Origin: a virus
Strand: one strand, 5' to 3'
IMG/VR virus record: IMGVR_UViG_3300025120_010288
Location: 6,857-70,856 of that record
Length of the DNA: 64,000 nt
Made by a program: the position numbers and the translations under genes. Below are positions 46,465 through 55,470 of this stretch, one piece after another; position 1 is the stretch's first letter; every line of letters starts with the position of its first letter. The notes under the pieces were generated by a model. It saw only the letters and a program-made list of their open reading frames with translations. It searched no databases and was not told the DNA's origin.

Positions 46465-47409
46465 ATGAAACTTAGCCAGATAGTCAATACTAGATATCAA
46501 TTAGGATCTTACGATCCAATTAAAAGCAGGCAAGAGGCTTTGCTTGGGTTTGAGAAATATCTTAAGAGTGCAGAATCAGGTGTTGGCTCAGATACACTAC
46601 TTGCCCTAAACAATGCATTTGACAGTATATCCAACAGTATAGAAAATTATACACAAATATATGATGAACATTTGGATTATTTGGATTCAGAAATTGAGTT
46701 ACAGGAAGCTGAATATTTTGCAAACAGTCGTCAACTATATGATGATATGCAACACGAAACAAATGAATACATTTTAAGTAGACAAGCACAATTCAATAAA
46801 GAAACCAGTAACTGGATTAACACTAGGATTGAAAGTTATGGCGATTGGCATCATGCAGGACTAATCTTTAGGCCCATGCAAGGACAAATGTTATCATCAT
46901 TGGTTAGAATGGATCCTTTGTATTTGGTAGATCAACATGCTGAGTTGCTAGAACCAGTGTTTGAAACAGCTCGCAAAGAACACAGTTTGCAATATGTTAA
47001 TCGACTCAATGACTATGTTATCAACGAACGTGATGGACACGGATTTCTTGATAAGTTGCCGCAGAATCAATTTGGTTATATGCTAGCATATAACTTTTTT
47101 AATTATAAACCCTTGGAAGTAATAATTTCTTATCTTGAAGGTGCATGGGAACTATTACGACCAGGAGGTAAAATTGCATTTACAATCAATGATTGTGACA
47201 GGCCGGGTGCAGTTGTACTTGCCGAAAACTTCTTTAGTATGTACACCCCAGGGAGTTATATTGAAGATTATGCACTAGAAAAAGGGTATAACATTGTTGA
47301 ATGGAAAGAATTAGATAGTGCAAATACATGGGTTGAACTTACCAAAGCTGGAACTTTAGAGAGTATCCGGGGTGGACAAAGTTTAACAATGATCCATAAA
47401 AGTCATTGA
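46465..47409 (+). CDS. coiled coil plus methyltransferase-like domain
   Basis: C-terminal Y..FNY.P, LLRPGG.I.FT pattern; SAM-binding motif I degenerate. Confidence 0.6.
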   Translation: MKLSQIVNTRYQLGSYDPIKSRQEALLGFEKYLKSAESGVGSDTLLALNNAFDSISNSIENYTQIYDEHLDYLDSEIELQEAEYFANSRQLYDDMQHETNEYILSRQAQFNKETSNWINTRIESYGDWHHAGLIFRPMQGQMLSSLVRMDPLYLVDQHAELLEPVFETARKEHSLQYVNRLNDYVINERDGHGFLDKLPQNQFGYMLAYNFFNYKPLEVIISYLEGAWELLRPGGKIAFTINDCDRPGAVVLAENFFSMYTPGSYIEDYALEKGYNIVEWKELDSANTWVELTKAGTLESIRGGQSLTMIHKSH

Positions 47410-47434
47410 CTTTTAACAATAAATCAGCTATAAT
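47406..47434 (+). promoter_or_regulatory. sigma70-type promoter overlapped by a 19-bp palindrome
   Basis: TTGACT-17-TATAAT; TAAAAGTCA-T-TGACTTTTA at 47397-47415. Confidence 0.8.
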
Positions 47435-47463
47435 ATTATTAATTACATGATAAGGAAAAGATA

Positions 47464-48195
47464 ATGAGAGACCATTTATTAGACCTAGTGTCGCACAGCT
47501 TTGATCTAGGGTGCATTGAACTTGTTAAGATCAGTGGCACTACAACTGAAACTGTTATTGATGGATTAGCAGAAGATCGTAGTGTTGTACTACAAGCTAA
47601 ATTCCATAATCCAGTTGCTGATTTTATTGGCACATTTGGAATGCCCAACTTAAACAAGTTAAAAATTATTCTAAATCTAAGCGAGTATAAAGAAAATGCA
47701 ACTATTTCTATTAAGAAACAAGATAGAAACGGTGAGAGTGTCCCAGTAGGGATGAATTTTGTTAACGCTGCCGGCGACTTTAAGAATGATTATCGCTTTA
47801 TGACAAGTGAAATTATTAATGAAAAGCTCAAAGCAGTAAAGTTTAAAGGTGTAAGCTGGAATATTAGTTTTGAGCCATCTATGGCTGCAATTGGAAGGCT
47901 TAAAATGCAAGCCGCAGCAAATGCAGAAGAACTACACTTTATTGCAAAAACAGAAAACGGTGATCTTAAATTTATGTTTGGTGATCATAGTACTCATGCT
48001 GGTGAGTTTGTATTTGAACCAGGTATAAGTGGCACACTTAAACGCAGTTGGAGTTGGCCAGTACGACAGTTCATTGGTATTATGGATCTGGTTGGTGACA
48101 AAAAGATTGAAATTAGCGATGACGGTGCCGCACAAATTACAGTAGACAGTGGGGTTGCAGAGTACAAGTACATTCTGCCAGCACAGAGCAAGTGA
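47464..48195 (+). CDS. DNA sliding clamp (gp45-like), putative
   Basis: 243 aa with two-domain alternating beta/alpha pattern, C-terminal ISDDGAAQI...YKYILPA; near polymerase. Confidence 0.65.
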   Translation: MRDHLLDLVSHSFDLGCIELVKISGTTTETVIDGLAEDRSVVLQAKFHNPVADFIGTFGMPNLNKLKIILNLSEYKENATISIKKQDRNGESVPVGMNFVNAAGDFKNDYRFMTSEIINEKLKAVKFKGVSWNISFEPSMAAIGRLKMQAAANAEELHFIAKTENGDLKFMFGDHSTHAGEFVFEPGISGTLKRSWSWPVRQFIGIMDLVGDKKIEISDDGAAQITVDSGVAEYKYILPAQSK

Positions 48196-48839
48196 GCAGA
48201 CAGTTCTTATCACATGTGTACGGAGAAGGTGTAATCAATCGTCCCAGGCAATTAGCATATTTTCATATTCCAAAAAATGCTAGCAGTTGGTGTAAACGTT
48301 ACGTTGCACAGCTTGGTGTTAATCTATTAGAAGATACTTGGCATGCAACAAACCTGCAACAAGAGCAGCGTAACGAATATCTAAGTGTGGTACTGTTGCG
48401 TGATCCACTAAAACGCTGGTACAGTTATTGCCATATGGAAAGAACTGTGGATCAAGTGGACAAGAATCATATTATGAGTATGTTGACAGAACCAAAAAAG
48501 ATTGCACAAATGTTCTCAAACGAACACCTTGCACCACAAACTTGGTTTTTTGATTACGATGCAAACAACACGCAAACTCGACAACGTGATACGGTATTTT
48601 TTAATGTAGACGAAGACTTGTCTGCAAACTTGCAACACTTTTTTAAAAACCAAGGATTTAAAAATTGGGAGAATTGCCCTGAGCCGTTTAACCAAAGTCC
48701 AGTGACAAAACAGAGAAAACGTGCTATAAAAGAATGGAAACGTTGGTTGCGTGATCCAGATATAGCACACGCCTGGCGCACTCTTTACCAAGATGATATT
48801 GAACTAATACGACTAGCTAATTTTTACAAAGCATGGTGA
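48192..48839 (+). CDS. sulfotransferase family 2 protein
   Basis: FHIPKNASSW, LRDPLKRWYS, EH..PQ, LYQDD. Confidence 0.8.
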   Translation: MSRQFLSHVYGEGVINRPRQLAYFHIPKNASSWCKRYVAQLGVNLLEDTWHATNLQQEQRNEYLSVVLLRDPLKRWYSYCHMERTVDQVDKNHIMSMLTEPKKIAQMFSNEHLAPQTWFFDYDANNTQTRQRDTVFFNVDEDLSANLQHFFKNQGFKNWENCPEPFNQSPVTKQRKRAIKEWKRWLRDPDIAHAWRTLYQDDIELIRLANFYKAW

Positions 48840-50359
48840 CAATGGAACAAGATAATTTAACAGAAAAACAAAACGACTATGCAATATTCTTACCTGCTAT
48901 TAGTAGTTTTTATGGCACATATATAGGCAAGCAACGCCATATGGAATATGTTCCACAAGATAGAATGCCCGCACAAATACCTGACATGGAAATGATGAAT
49001 TGGCTTAATCCAAAAAAAGGATTGTTTCCATATAAATGGAGTTTGTATAGTGCAGGGCATGCTAACTTAGATATGACCAAAGTTGCACCCAAAGAAGATA
49101 TGGTGCGTAATAGAGATCCCAATAGTTTTATGTTAGCTGACAGTGGAGGCTTCCAAATCGCCAAAGGCGTTTGGCCTGGGGATTGGAAAAATCCTAAATG
49201 CCCACATGCTGAAAAGAAACGTCGGGCAGTGTTAGAATGGCAAATGCAAATAAGCGACTATGCTATGACTATGGATATTCCAACTTGGACCAGCACTAAT
49301 CCAGAGTGGGCTAAAGCAAGTGGCATATACTCTTATGAAGATGCTGTAACTGCTACTAAGTTTAATAACGATTATTGGATGGCAAATCGGTATGGTGACA
49401 CTAAAATATTAAATGTATTACAAGGTGCTAATCATGCTGACGCAGACAGTTGGTATGAAACAATGAAACACTACTGCGATCCTAGCTTACATGAAAAACC
49501 ATTTAATGGTTGGGCAATGGGCGGACAAAACATGTGTGATTTGCATTTAGTATTGCGTAGACTTGTTGCTCTTGTACATGATGGATTGTTAGAAAGCGGG
49601 CATCAAGACTGGATGCACTTTTTGGGTACTAGTAAATTAGAATGGGCAGTAGTACTTACAGATTTACAACGTGCAATACGCAAGTACCATAATCCTACTT
49701 TTACTATTTCATTTGATTGTGCTAGTCCGTTTTTAGCTACTGCAAATGGACAGTTGTATTATAATATATCAACTGAAGATAGAAAAAAGTGGAGTTATCA
49801 AATGGAAAGTACTGCTGATAATAAAGCATGGGCAAAAGATTCACGAAGTTATAGAGATGCAGTATTGCAAGAAAAAGTACATTCAAAATTTGAAGACTCA
49901 CCAATTAGTAGTCGTATGTCAGTAAGTGATGTATGTTATTATGGGCCAGGTGACCTAAATAAAATTGGCAAAGAAGGTAAAACCAGTTGGGATAGTTTCA
50001 GTTATGCATTGCTAATGGGTCATAATGTATGGATGCATCTAGAAGCAGTACAACGTGCTAACCGAATAGTTGACCAAGGTGGTGGTCCTAGTATGTTGTT
50101 GCATCCTCTAGATAGTGGTCTTAACACCCGCACATTAATTGATCAAATTTTTGCACAACACGATAGAAAAAAGTCATTGCAAATGATTGATGATTATGCT
50201 AGTATATGGGAAAGAGTAATTGGTACAAGAGGCTATACAGGTAAAAAAGCAACAAATGCAACCAGTATGTTCAACAATTTGTTTGAAACTGATGATGCAG
50301 AATTTGACGAAGTTGAGTTTGATGAATCGTTATTAGATAAATTAGAGGAATCAGTATGA
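48833..50359 (+). CDS. dpdA: TGT-like transglycosylase (DpdA family; 7-deazaguanine insertion into DNA)
   Basis: ADSGGFQ, MDIP, NVLQG, GWAMGG, HFLG, SFDCAS; no tRNA-TGT Zn motif. Confidence 0.82.
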   Translation: MVTMEQDNLTEKQNDYAIFLPAISSFYGTYIGKQRHMEYVPQDRMPAQIPDMEMMNWLNPKKGLFPYKWSLYSAGHANLDMTKVAPKEDMVRNRDPNSFMLADSGGFQIAKGVWPGDWKNPKCPHAEKKRRAVLEWQMQISDYAMTMDIPTWTSTNPEWAKASGIYSYEDAVTATKFNNDYWMANRYGDTKILNVLQGANHADADSWYETMKHYCDPSLHEKPFNGWAMGGQNMCDLHLVLRRLVALVHDGLLESGHQDWMHFLGTSKLEWAVVLTDLQRAIRKYHNPTFTISFDCASPFLATANGQLYYNISTEDRKKWSYQMESTADNKAWAKDSRSYRDAVLQEKVHSKFEDSPISSRMSVSDVCYYGPGDLNKIGKEGKTSWDSFSYALLMGHNVWMHLEAVQRANRIVDQGGGPSMLLHPLDSGLNTRTLIDQIFAQHDRKKSLQMIDDYASIWERVIGTRGYTGKKATNATSMFNNLFETDDAEFDEVEFDESLLDKLEESV

Positions 50360-50538
50360 CAAAAAATCAACTGAATCGACTGCAAAACAAGCACAGTGAA
50401 ATGTCAAAACAAGTAGATATGTTAGAGAAAAATCGCAACACCAACCGCACTACGGAATCTAAAATACAACTTAATGATTTAAAAAAACAAAAACTTTTAT
50501 TACGAGATCAAATTGAAAAGGCAAAATTAGATGGATAG
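50356..50538 (+). CDS. DUF465-like coiled-coil protein
   Basis: L..KH..M, LKKQKL.LRDQI. Confidence 0.7.
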   Translation: MTKNQLNRLQNKHSEMSKQVDMLEKNRNTNRTTESKIQLNDLKKQKLLLRDQIEKAKLDG

Positions 50539-51043
50539 AGCCGGGCACAGTAATATAGCATTTTTTACAGGACGTGAAATTGAACGTACACCACAATACG
50601 GACAGCATACATTGTTTGTAGTTGGAGTACAATCAGTTGATACTATTGTAAAACATGCAGATATGCATGGATGCAATCATATTTATCTTGGAGCTGATAT
50701 GAGTTTTAACGTTACTGTTAATACCCAAGATCAATGGGATCCATGGGAAAAAATTGGGCATGCATTGCTGGATAGAAATTTTTGGGTTACATTAGATATT
50801 GATGCAAGTCAAGTTGAAGGATTATTAGAAACTGGGCTTACTGAAAAAAGACGATTTATCCCAATGATCAGCGTTAAACTACCTTACATTGATCAACTTG
50901 GTTACAATGCATGTATTAAAATTGATGACAAAGACTTTGATGCAAGCAATCCAGGGGTTTGGGTGCACCAATTAGAAACTTTAAAGCATAGAAATAACTT
51001 CACATGCTGGGACAACTATACACAAGATGAGGTAATAAAATGA
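50531..51043 (+). CDS. conserved hypothetical protein in the dpdA operon
   Basis: FFTG.E.E.TP..G..TLFVVG, HIYLGA..SF, KIDD.DF..SNPGVW. Confidence 0.75.
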   Translation: MDRAGHSNIAFFTGREIERTPQYGQHTLFVVGVQSVDTIVKHADMHGCNHIYLGADMSFNVTVNTQDQWDPWEKIGHALLDRNFWVTLDIDASQVEGLLETGLTEKRRFIPMISVKLPYIDQLGYNACIKIDDKDFDASNPGVWVHQLETLKHRNNFTCWDNYTQDEVIK

Positions 51044-51474
51044 TACAACAAGAACGTGAACTTGCCGATTCAAGGAGACAACAAGCACATAGAATGATTT
51101 GGGTAACTTTTGCCAAAGAGGGTATTCATATGTATCCTGGTGCTGATAAAGATCCTAAGTTAGCAACTGGTGGCTGGGATGATGTATCATTCTTGGGTGT
51201 TCCACATCGTCATATTTTTCATTTTCGTGTTGGGATTGAAGTATTTCACAATGATCGAGATATTGAGTTTATACAATTCAAACGTTGGTTAGAGCGGTTG
51301 TACAGCGAAGGTACATTAGAACTTGATCATAAAAGTTGCGAAATGATAAGTGATGATATATACTTTCAAGTTGTTAACAAATATCCAAATCGTGATATTG
51401 AAATATCAGTAAGTGAGGATAATGAAAACGGTTGTGAAATATTCTACGGTAAAAAAATTGCGTTAAATACTTGA
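51040..51474 (+). CDS. QueD/PTPS paralog (DpdL-like T-fold enzyme)
   Basis: LGVPHRHIF (LxxxHRHxF), SCEMI, VSEDNENG; lacks the QueD CxxxHGH motif. Confidence 0.7.
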   Translation: MIQQERELADSRRQQAHRMIWVTFAKEGIHMYPGADKDPKLATGGWDDVSFLGVPHRHIFHFRVGIEVFHNDRDIEFIQFKRWLERLYSEGTLELDHKSCEMISDDIYFQVVNKYPNRDIEISVSEDNENGCEIFYGKKIALNT

Positions 51475-51513
51475 GTAACACATTTACTAGTACATTCTAA
51501 AAGGAATATAAAA

Positions 51514-51777
51514 ATGTCTAAAACCGCAGTCAAATTCAACACTACAACCAACAGTGTATTTGATGATTTAGATTTATTTCGTAAATTCTGTGTATCGCAT
51601 GGATACAGTTTTAACGAACAAAACTTGTATAACTGGAAAAGTTATGCATACCAGCAATATAGTAAATTTATTAACGGTAAATTTGCTAAAAATATGTGGG
51701 AGATTGACGAAGCTAACTTTAAAAAATCTTCTTTCCGTAAACCTTACAATCGAAATAACAACTATCGTAGAAAATGA
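51514..51777 (+). CDS. hypothetical protein
   Basis: AAGGA SD; TAAATA at 51464. Confidence 0.7.
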   Translation: MSKTAVKFNTTTNSVFDDLDLFRKFCVSHGYSFNEQNLYNWKSYAYQQYSKFINGKFAKNMWEIDEANFKKSSFRKPYNRNNNYRRK

Positions 51778-52655
51778 TAGGTGTTTGGTTTGTGCCAGGT
51801 ATGTTTGGTAGTACAATTGAACAAGTACTTAGAACATATCTGAGCGACTACAGTAATAGTAATAGTACTATATTACCAGATGGAAGCCTGCACAGTTTAG
51901 ATAAAATGGCCCACTTGGCACTTACCAAAGATCTCAATAGTTTTGTAGACAACCATCACCAGTACCCTGATAGCATTGTAACAGTGATGTATCCTTTTAT
52001 TGATCAACATCGCAATGAACTACAACACACATTAGCACCTATATTAAACAGTAAAAATATATTAGTATACAGTGATTCTTTGTGTGCTAGTGAATTAAAC
52101 TTATTGTTTCAGTACTATAAAATTGCTAATGGTAGTGCTTGGAAAAAAGGTCGTAGTGTTTTTGCAGGAAACAATAAGTTAGATGCACAACAATGGAATT
52201 CCGCTTATCAAAGTTTTAATGACCTCAACGATTGGGAATGGAGAGAATGGTTTAGCTTATTTTACCCAGGATATACATCCGAATGGCAAGACCAAAATGT
52301 TCCCAATGATTGGTTGGTACTAAGCAACACTGAATTATTATTTGAACCTGTTGCGTCTTGGCATCGTATATTTGAATATTTAGATAAAACACCATTACTA
52401 GGGTTAAATGATTTTGCTAAAATTTGGCAAGATAAACAAAACTACATAATTGAAGAATTTAATTTAATTGATCAAATTGTAAAAAATACAATTGATAATA
52501 AAGAATTCAATTGGATATGTATTAGCCCAGTTGCTGAGGCTATTGTACAAAATAGACTGAGATCTGCAGGGTGGGAAATAAAATGCCAAGATTTAAATAT
52601 TTTTCCAACCACAACAAAACACTTGCATAATATAATTGAACGTGTTATAATATAA
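51774..52655 (+). CDS. hypothetical protein, possible sulfotransferase-like fold
   Basis: FVPGMFGST loop; WEWREWFS motif. Confidence 0.55.
   Translation: MIGVWFVPGMFGSTIEQVLRTYLSDYSNSNSTILPDGSLHSLDKMAHLALTKDLNSFVDNHHQYPDSIVTVMYPFIDQHRNELQHTLAPILNSKNILVYSDSLCASELNLLFQYYKIANGSAWKKGRSVFAGNNKLDAQQWNSAYQSFNDLNDWEWREWFSLFYPGYTSEWQDQNVPNDWLVLSNTELLFEPVASWHRIFEYLDKTPLLGLNDFAKIWQDKQNYIIEEFNLIDQIVKNTIDNKEFNWICISPVAEAIVQNRLRSAGWEIKCQDLNIFPTTTKHLHNIIERVII
52623..52651 (+). promoter_or_regulatory. sigma70-type promoter
   Basis: TTGCAT-17-TATAAT followed by AGGAG SD. Confidence 0.7.
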
Positions 52656-52676
52656 ACATTAATCACAGGAGACAAC

Positions 52677-53294
52677 ATGCCACTAATACCAATGGTTGTA
52701 GAACAAACTACTCGAGGAGAACGTAGTTGGGATATTTACTCACGTTTAATGACTGACCGTATTGTAATGTTAAACGGTCAAGTTGAAGATAATATGGCAA
52801 ATGTTATTGTTGCACAATTATTATTTTTAGAGAGCGAAGATCCAGACAAAGATATTAATTTATACATCAACAGTCCAGGCGGCGCCGTGACAGCGGGCTT
52901 GGCTATTTACGATACTATGCAGTTTATCAAATGTGATGTGCGTACTATTGTAATGGGCCAGGCCTGCTCGATGGGCAGTTTTCTATCACAAGCAGGCGCA
53001 GTTGGTAAACGTAATGTGTTGCCAGAATCACGTACAATGATACATCGAGTAAGTAGTGGAACACGTGGCACTAATGGCAGTGTACATGTGCAAGAACTAC
53101 AGTTTGAGGATGCTATTCGTAGCATGGAAGAAAGTAAAAAAGTAAACAAACGTCTTACTGAACTTTATGTTAAACACAACACAAAAGGTAAGACATATGA
53201 AGAACTATTTGAAACAATGAAGTTTGACACATTCCTTACAGCAGAAGAAGCAGTTGAATATGGACTAGCTGACACTGTAGTTGACAAACGATAA
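52677..53294 (+). CDS. clpP: Clp protease proteolytic subunit
   Basis: [18 protein letters not shown] (Ser), MIH (His), D.FLTAEEA.EYGL.D. Confidence 0.96.
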   Translation: MPLIPMVVEQTTRGERSWDIYSRLMTDRIVMLNGQVEDNMANVIVAQLLFLESEDPDKDINLYINSPGGAVTAGLAIYDTMQFIKCDVRTIVMGQACSMGSFLSQAGAVGKRNVLPESRTMIHRVSSGTRGTNGSVHVQELQFEDAIRSMEESKKVNKRLTELYVKHNTKGKTYEELFETMKFDTFLTAEEAVEYGLADTVVDKR

Positions 53295-53308
53295 ACAGGA
53301 GAATTAAC

Positions 53309-54487
53309 ATGCGTAAACTGTTTTATATGGGATTAGAACCATACGAAGGTCGTTATACATTACAATTACAAGACTGGAGCGAACGTGCATTTAAACGCAG
53401 GGGCATTGACTATGTTATTGTTCCTGGTACAACTATTGATAATACCAAAGCAATTAGTGTTGGCCAAGTGTTAGATGCACATGGACGCAGTTACTTTGGT
53501 ATGAGTCAAATGATGAATCTTGTACAAATGATGCGTGAAGGTGAATGCACTGGCGAAGACGTTGTTTTCTTTGAAGATATGTTTCAGCCTGGTATGGAAA
53601 GTTTGCCTTATATTATGGATCAAATTCCACAAGAAGATCGTCCAAAAGTTTGGGTGCGTTGTTTAGCACAGGCTGTAGATCCAGATGACTTTGTGCATGT
53701 TTGGGGTATGAGCAAGTGGATGAGTTTGTATGAAGAAATGTGTAATGAATTTGTTACAGGTGTATTAGCAAGCAATGAAGAAATGGTTGCTAACATGAAA
53801 GTTGCAAACTGGAAGGCTCCTCTCTATAATGTCAGCGGACTTGCTTTTGATAAGACAGAAGTGCAGGAACGGGTAAACGGTGTAATCAAAGATTGGTTAG
53901 ATCGCGTGGATCGTGTTGTGTTTACTGCACGTTTTGATCAGGAAAAACAACCAGACTTCTACATGGATTTGATTGAGGAATGGTACGGAACACCCGGAAC
54001 ACCCGAAGTAGAGTTTGCTATTTTACAAGGCGGACCATTGCGTTCAAACAATCCAAAGTTCATCGAACGTGCTAGAAAAATGCAAGAACGTGGTCAACTT
54101 GTTATCTACGAAAACTTGAAGAAAGACGAATACTACAATATTGTAAATCACAGTAAAGTATTGTTTAACTGTGCATTGCAGGACTGGACAAGCAATACTG
54201 TAAGTGAAGCAGATGCATTGGGTTGTAATGTATTGTTTCCAGCATATCGTAGTTTTCCTGAAATCTTTAACAACGATCATACACGTTTGTATGTTCCGTG
54301 GAGTATCGAAGATGCAATGAACAAAATGCAAACTTTATTACAAGTTCCACACAAAGACGTTGGTAAGATTTCGGATTGGACCACTGGTACTATTGATCGA
54401 TACATTGATATTATGCAAGGAAACGATTGGGAATGGAACCGGGATAGCAATCGTTATAGAGATAAAGTATCACAGCCTAAATACTAG
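53309..54487 (+). CDS. GT-B glycosyltransferase (GT4-like)
   Basis: ARFDQEKQP, QD......SEA.ALGC, P.YRSFPE. Confidence 0.82.
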   Translation: MRKLFYMGLEPYEGRYTLQLQDWSERAFKRRGIDYVIVPGTTIDNTKAISVGQVLDAHGRSYFGMSQMMNLVQMMREGECTGEDVVFFEDMFQPGMESLPYIMDQIPQEDRPKVWVRCLAQAVDPDDFVHVWGMSKWMSLYEEMCNEFVTGVLASNEEMVANMKVANWKAPLYNVSGLAFDKTEVQERVNGVIKDWLDRVDRVVFTARFDQEKQPDFYMDLIEEWYGTPGTPEVEFAILQGGPLRSNNPKFIERARKMQERGQLVIYENLKKDEYYNIVNHSKVLFNCALQDWTSNTVSEADALGCNVLFPAYRSFPEIFNNDHTRLYVPWSIEDAMNKMQTLLQVPHKDVGKISDWTTGTIDRYIDIMQGNDWEWNRDSNRYRDKVSQPKY

Positions 54488-54519
54488 TAAATAAGTAACA
54501 AAAAGCAAAAAGGTTTTAA

Positions 54520-55470
54520 ATGAAAATTGTATATGTTACTGGGTGTTGTGGATTTATTGGCAGTTATGTTACACAGCATTGTCTGGAATTGGGCTGGCGT
54601 GTTATTGGTGTTGACAAGATGACATACGCTAGTAATCCTGATTTACTACAAGAATTTACCCAAAATCCTAATTTTAAATTTATACGCAATGATATTAACA
54701 ATCTTGAAAGATTAATGGACTGTGATTATATCATTAACACAGCGGCTGAATCGCATGTGGACAACAGTATAGTTGATAGTGATGCATTTATACACAGTAA
54801 TGTAAACGGTGTTCATCATTTACTCAAACTAATATTACACAAACGCCACGCACTAAACATGCCTACATTTTTACATTTTAGTACAGATGAAGTGTATGGC
54901 GATATCAGTAGTGGTCAACATTTTGAATTTGACTTACTTAAACCTAGCAATCCATATAGTGCTAGTAAAGCAAGTGCAGATATGTTAGTGTATGCATGGG
55001 GTCGAACATTTAATATTCCTTACGTAATTGTGCGTCCCACCAACAATTATGGTATAGGGCAATATGTTGAAAAGTTAATACCTAAAAGTATCAAACATCT
55101 TGGCTTAAACAGACCTATACATTTACACGACAACGGAAAACCTGTTCGAACTTGGTTACATGCTGACGACACTGCAAGGGCTATTACTACAATTATTGAA
55201 AGCAATGTTCAGAACGAAATATACAATATAAGTGGAAACACAGAACTTCCAAACAAAATAGTAGTTCAAGCGATTATTAATAATTATTTTGATAAAGATT
55301 TAACTAATGATTGGGGAAAATATATTGGTCATATAAGCAGGCCTGGTCAAGACATACGCTATAGTGTTAATGATGACAAGTTAAAAAAATTAGGTTGGGA
55401 AGCAACTGCTGACTTTGATGAAGAACTGTATAAAATAACCAATTATTACAAGGACAATTTTGTATGGTAG
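54520..55470 (+). CDS. rfbB: NDP-glucose 4,6-dehydratase
   Basis: GCCGFIG, DKMTYA, AAESHVD, STDEVYG, YSASK, EKLIP. Confidence 0.9.
   Translation: MKIVYVTGCCGFIGSYVTQHCLELGWRVIGVDKMTYASNPDLLQEFTQNPNFKFIRNDINNLERLMDCDYIINTAAESHVDNSIVDSDAFIHSNVNGVHHLLKLILHKRHALNMPTFLHFSTDEVYGDISSGQHFEFDLLKPSNPYSASKASADMLVYAWGRTFNIPYVIVRPTNNYGIGQYVEKLIPKSIKHLGLNRPIHLHDNGKPVRTWLHADDTARAITTIIESNVQNEIYNISGNTELPNKIVVQAIINNYFDKDLTNDWGKYIGHISRPGQDIRYSVNDDKLKKLGWEATADFDEELYKITNYYKDNFVW

Noticed and set aside
53986-54005. 9-bp tandem repeat CGGAACACC x2
   Set aside because: An in-frame GTPGTP micro-duplication in a probable loop, with no wider pattern.
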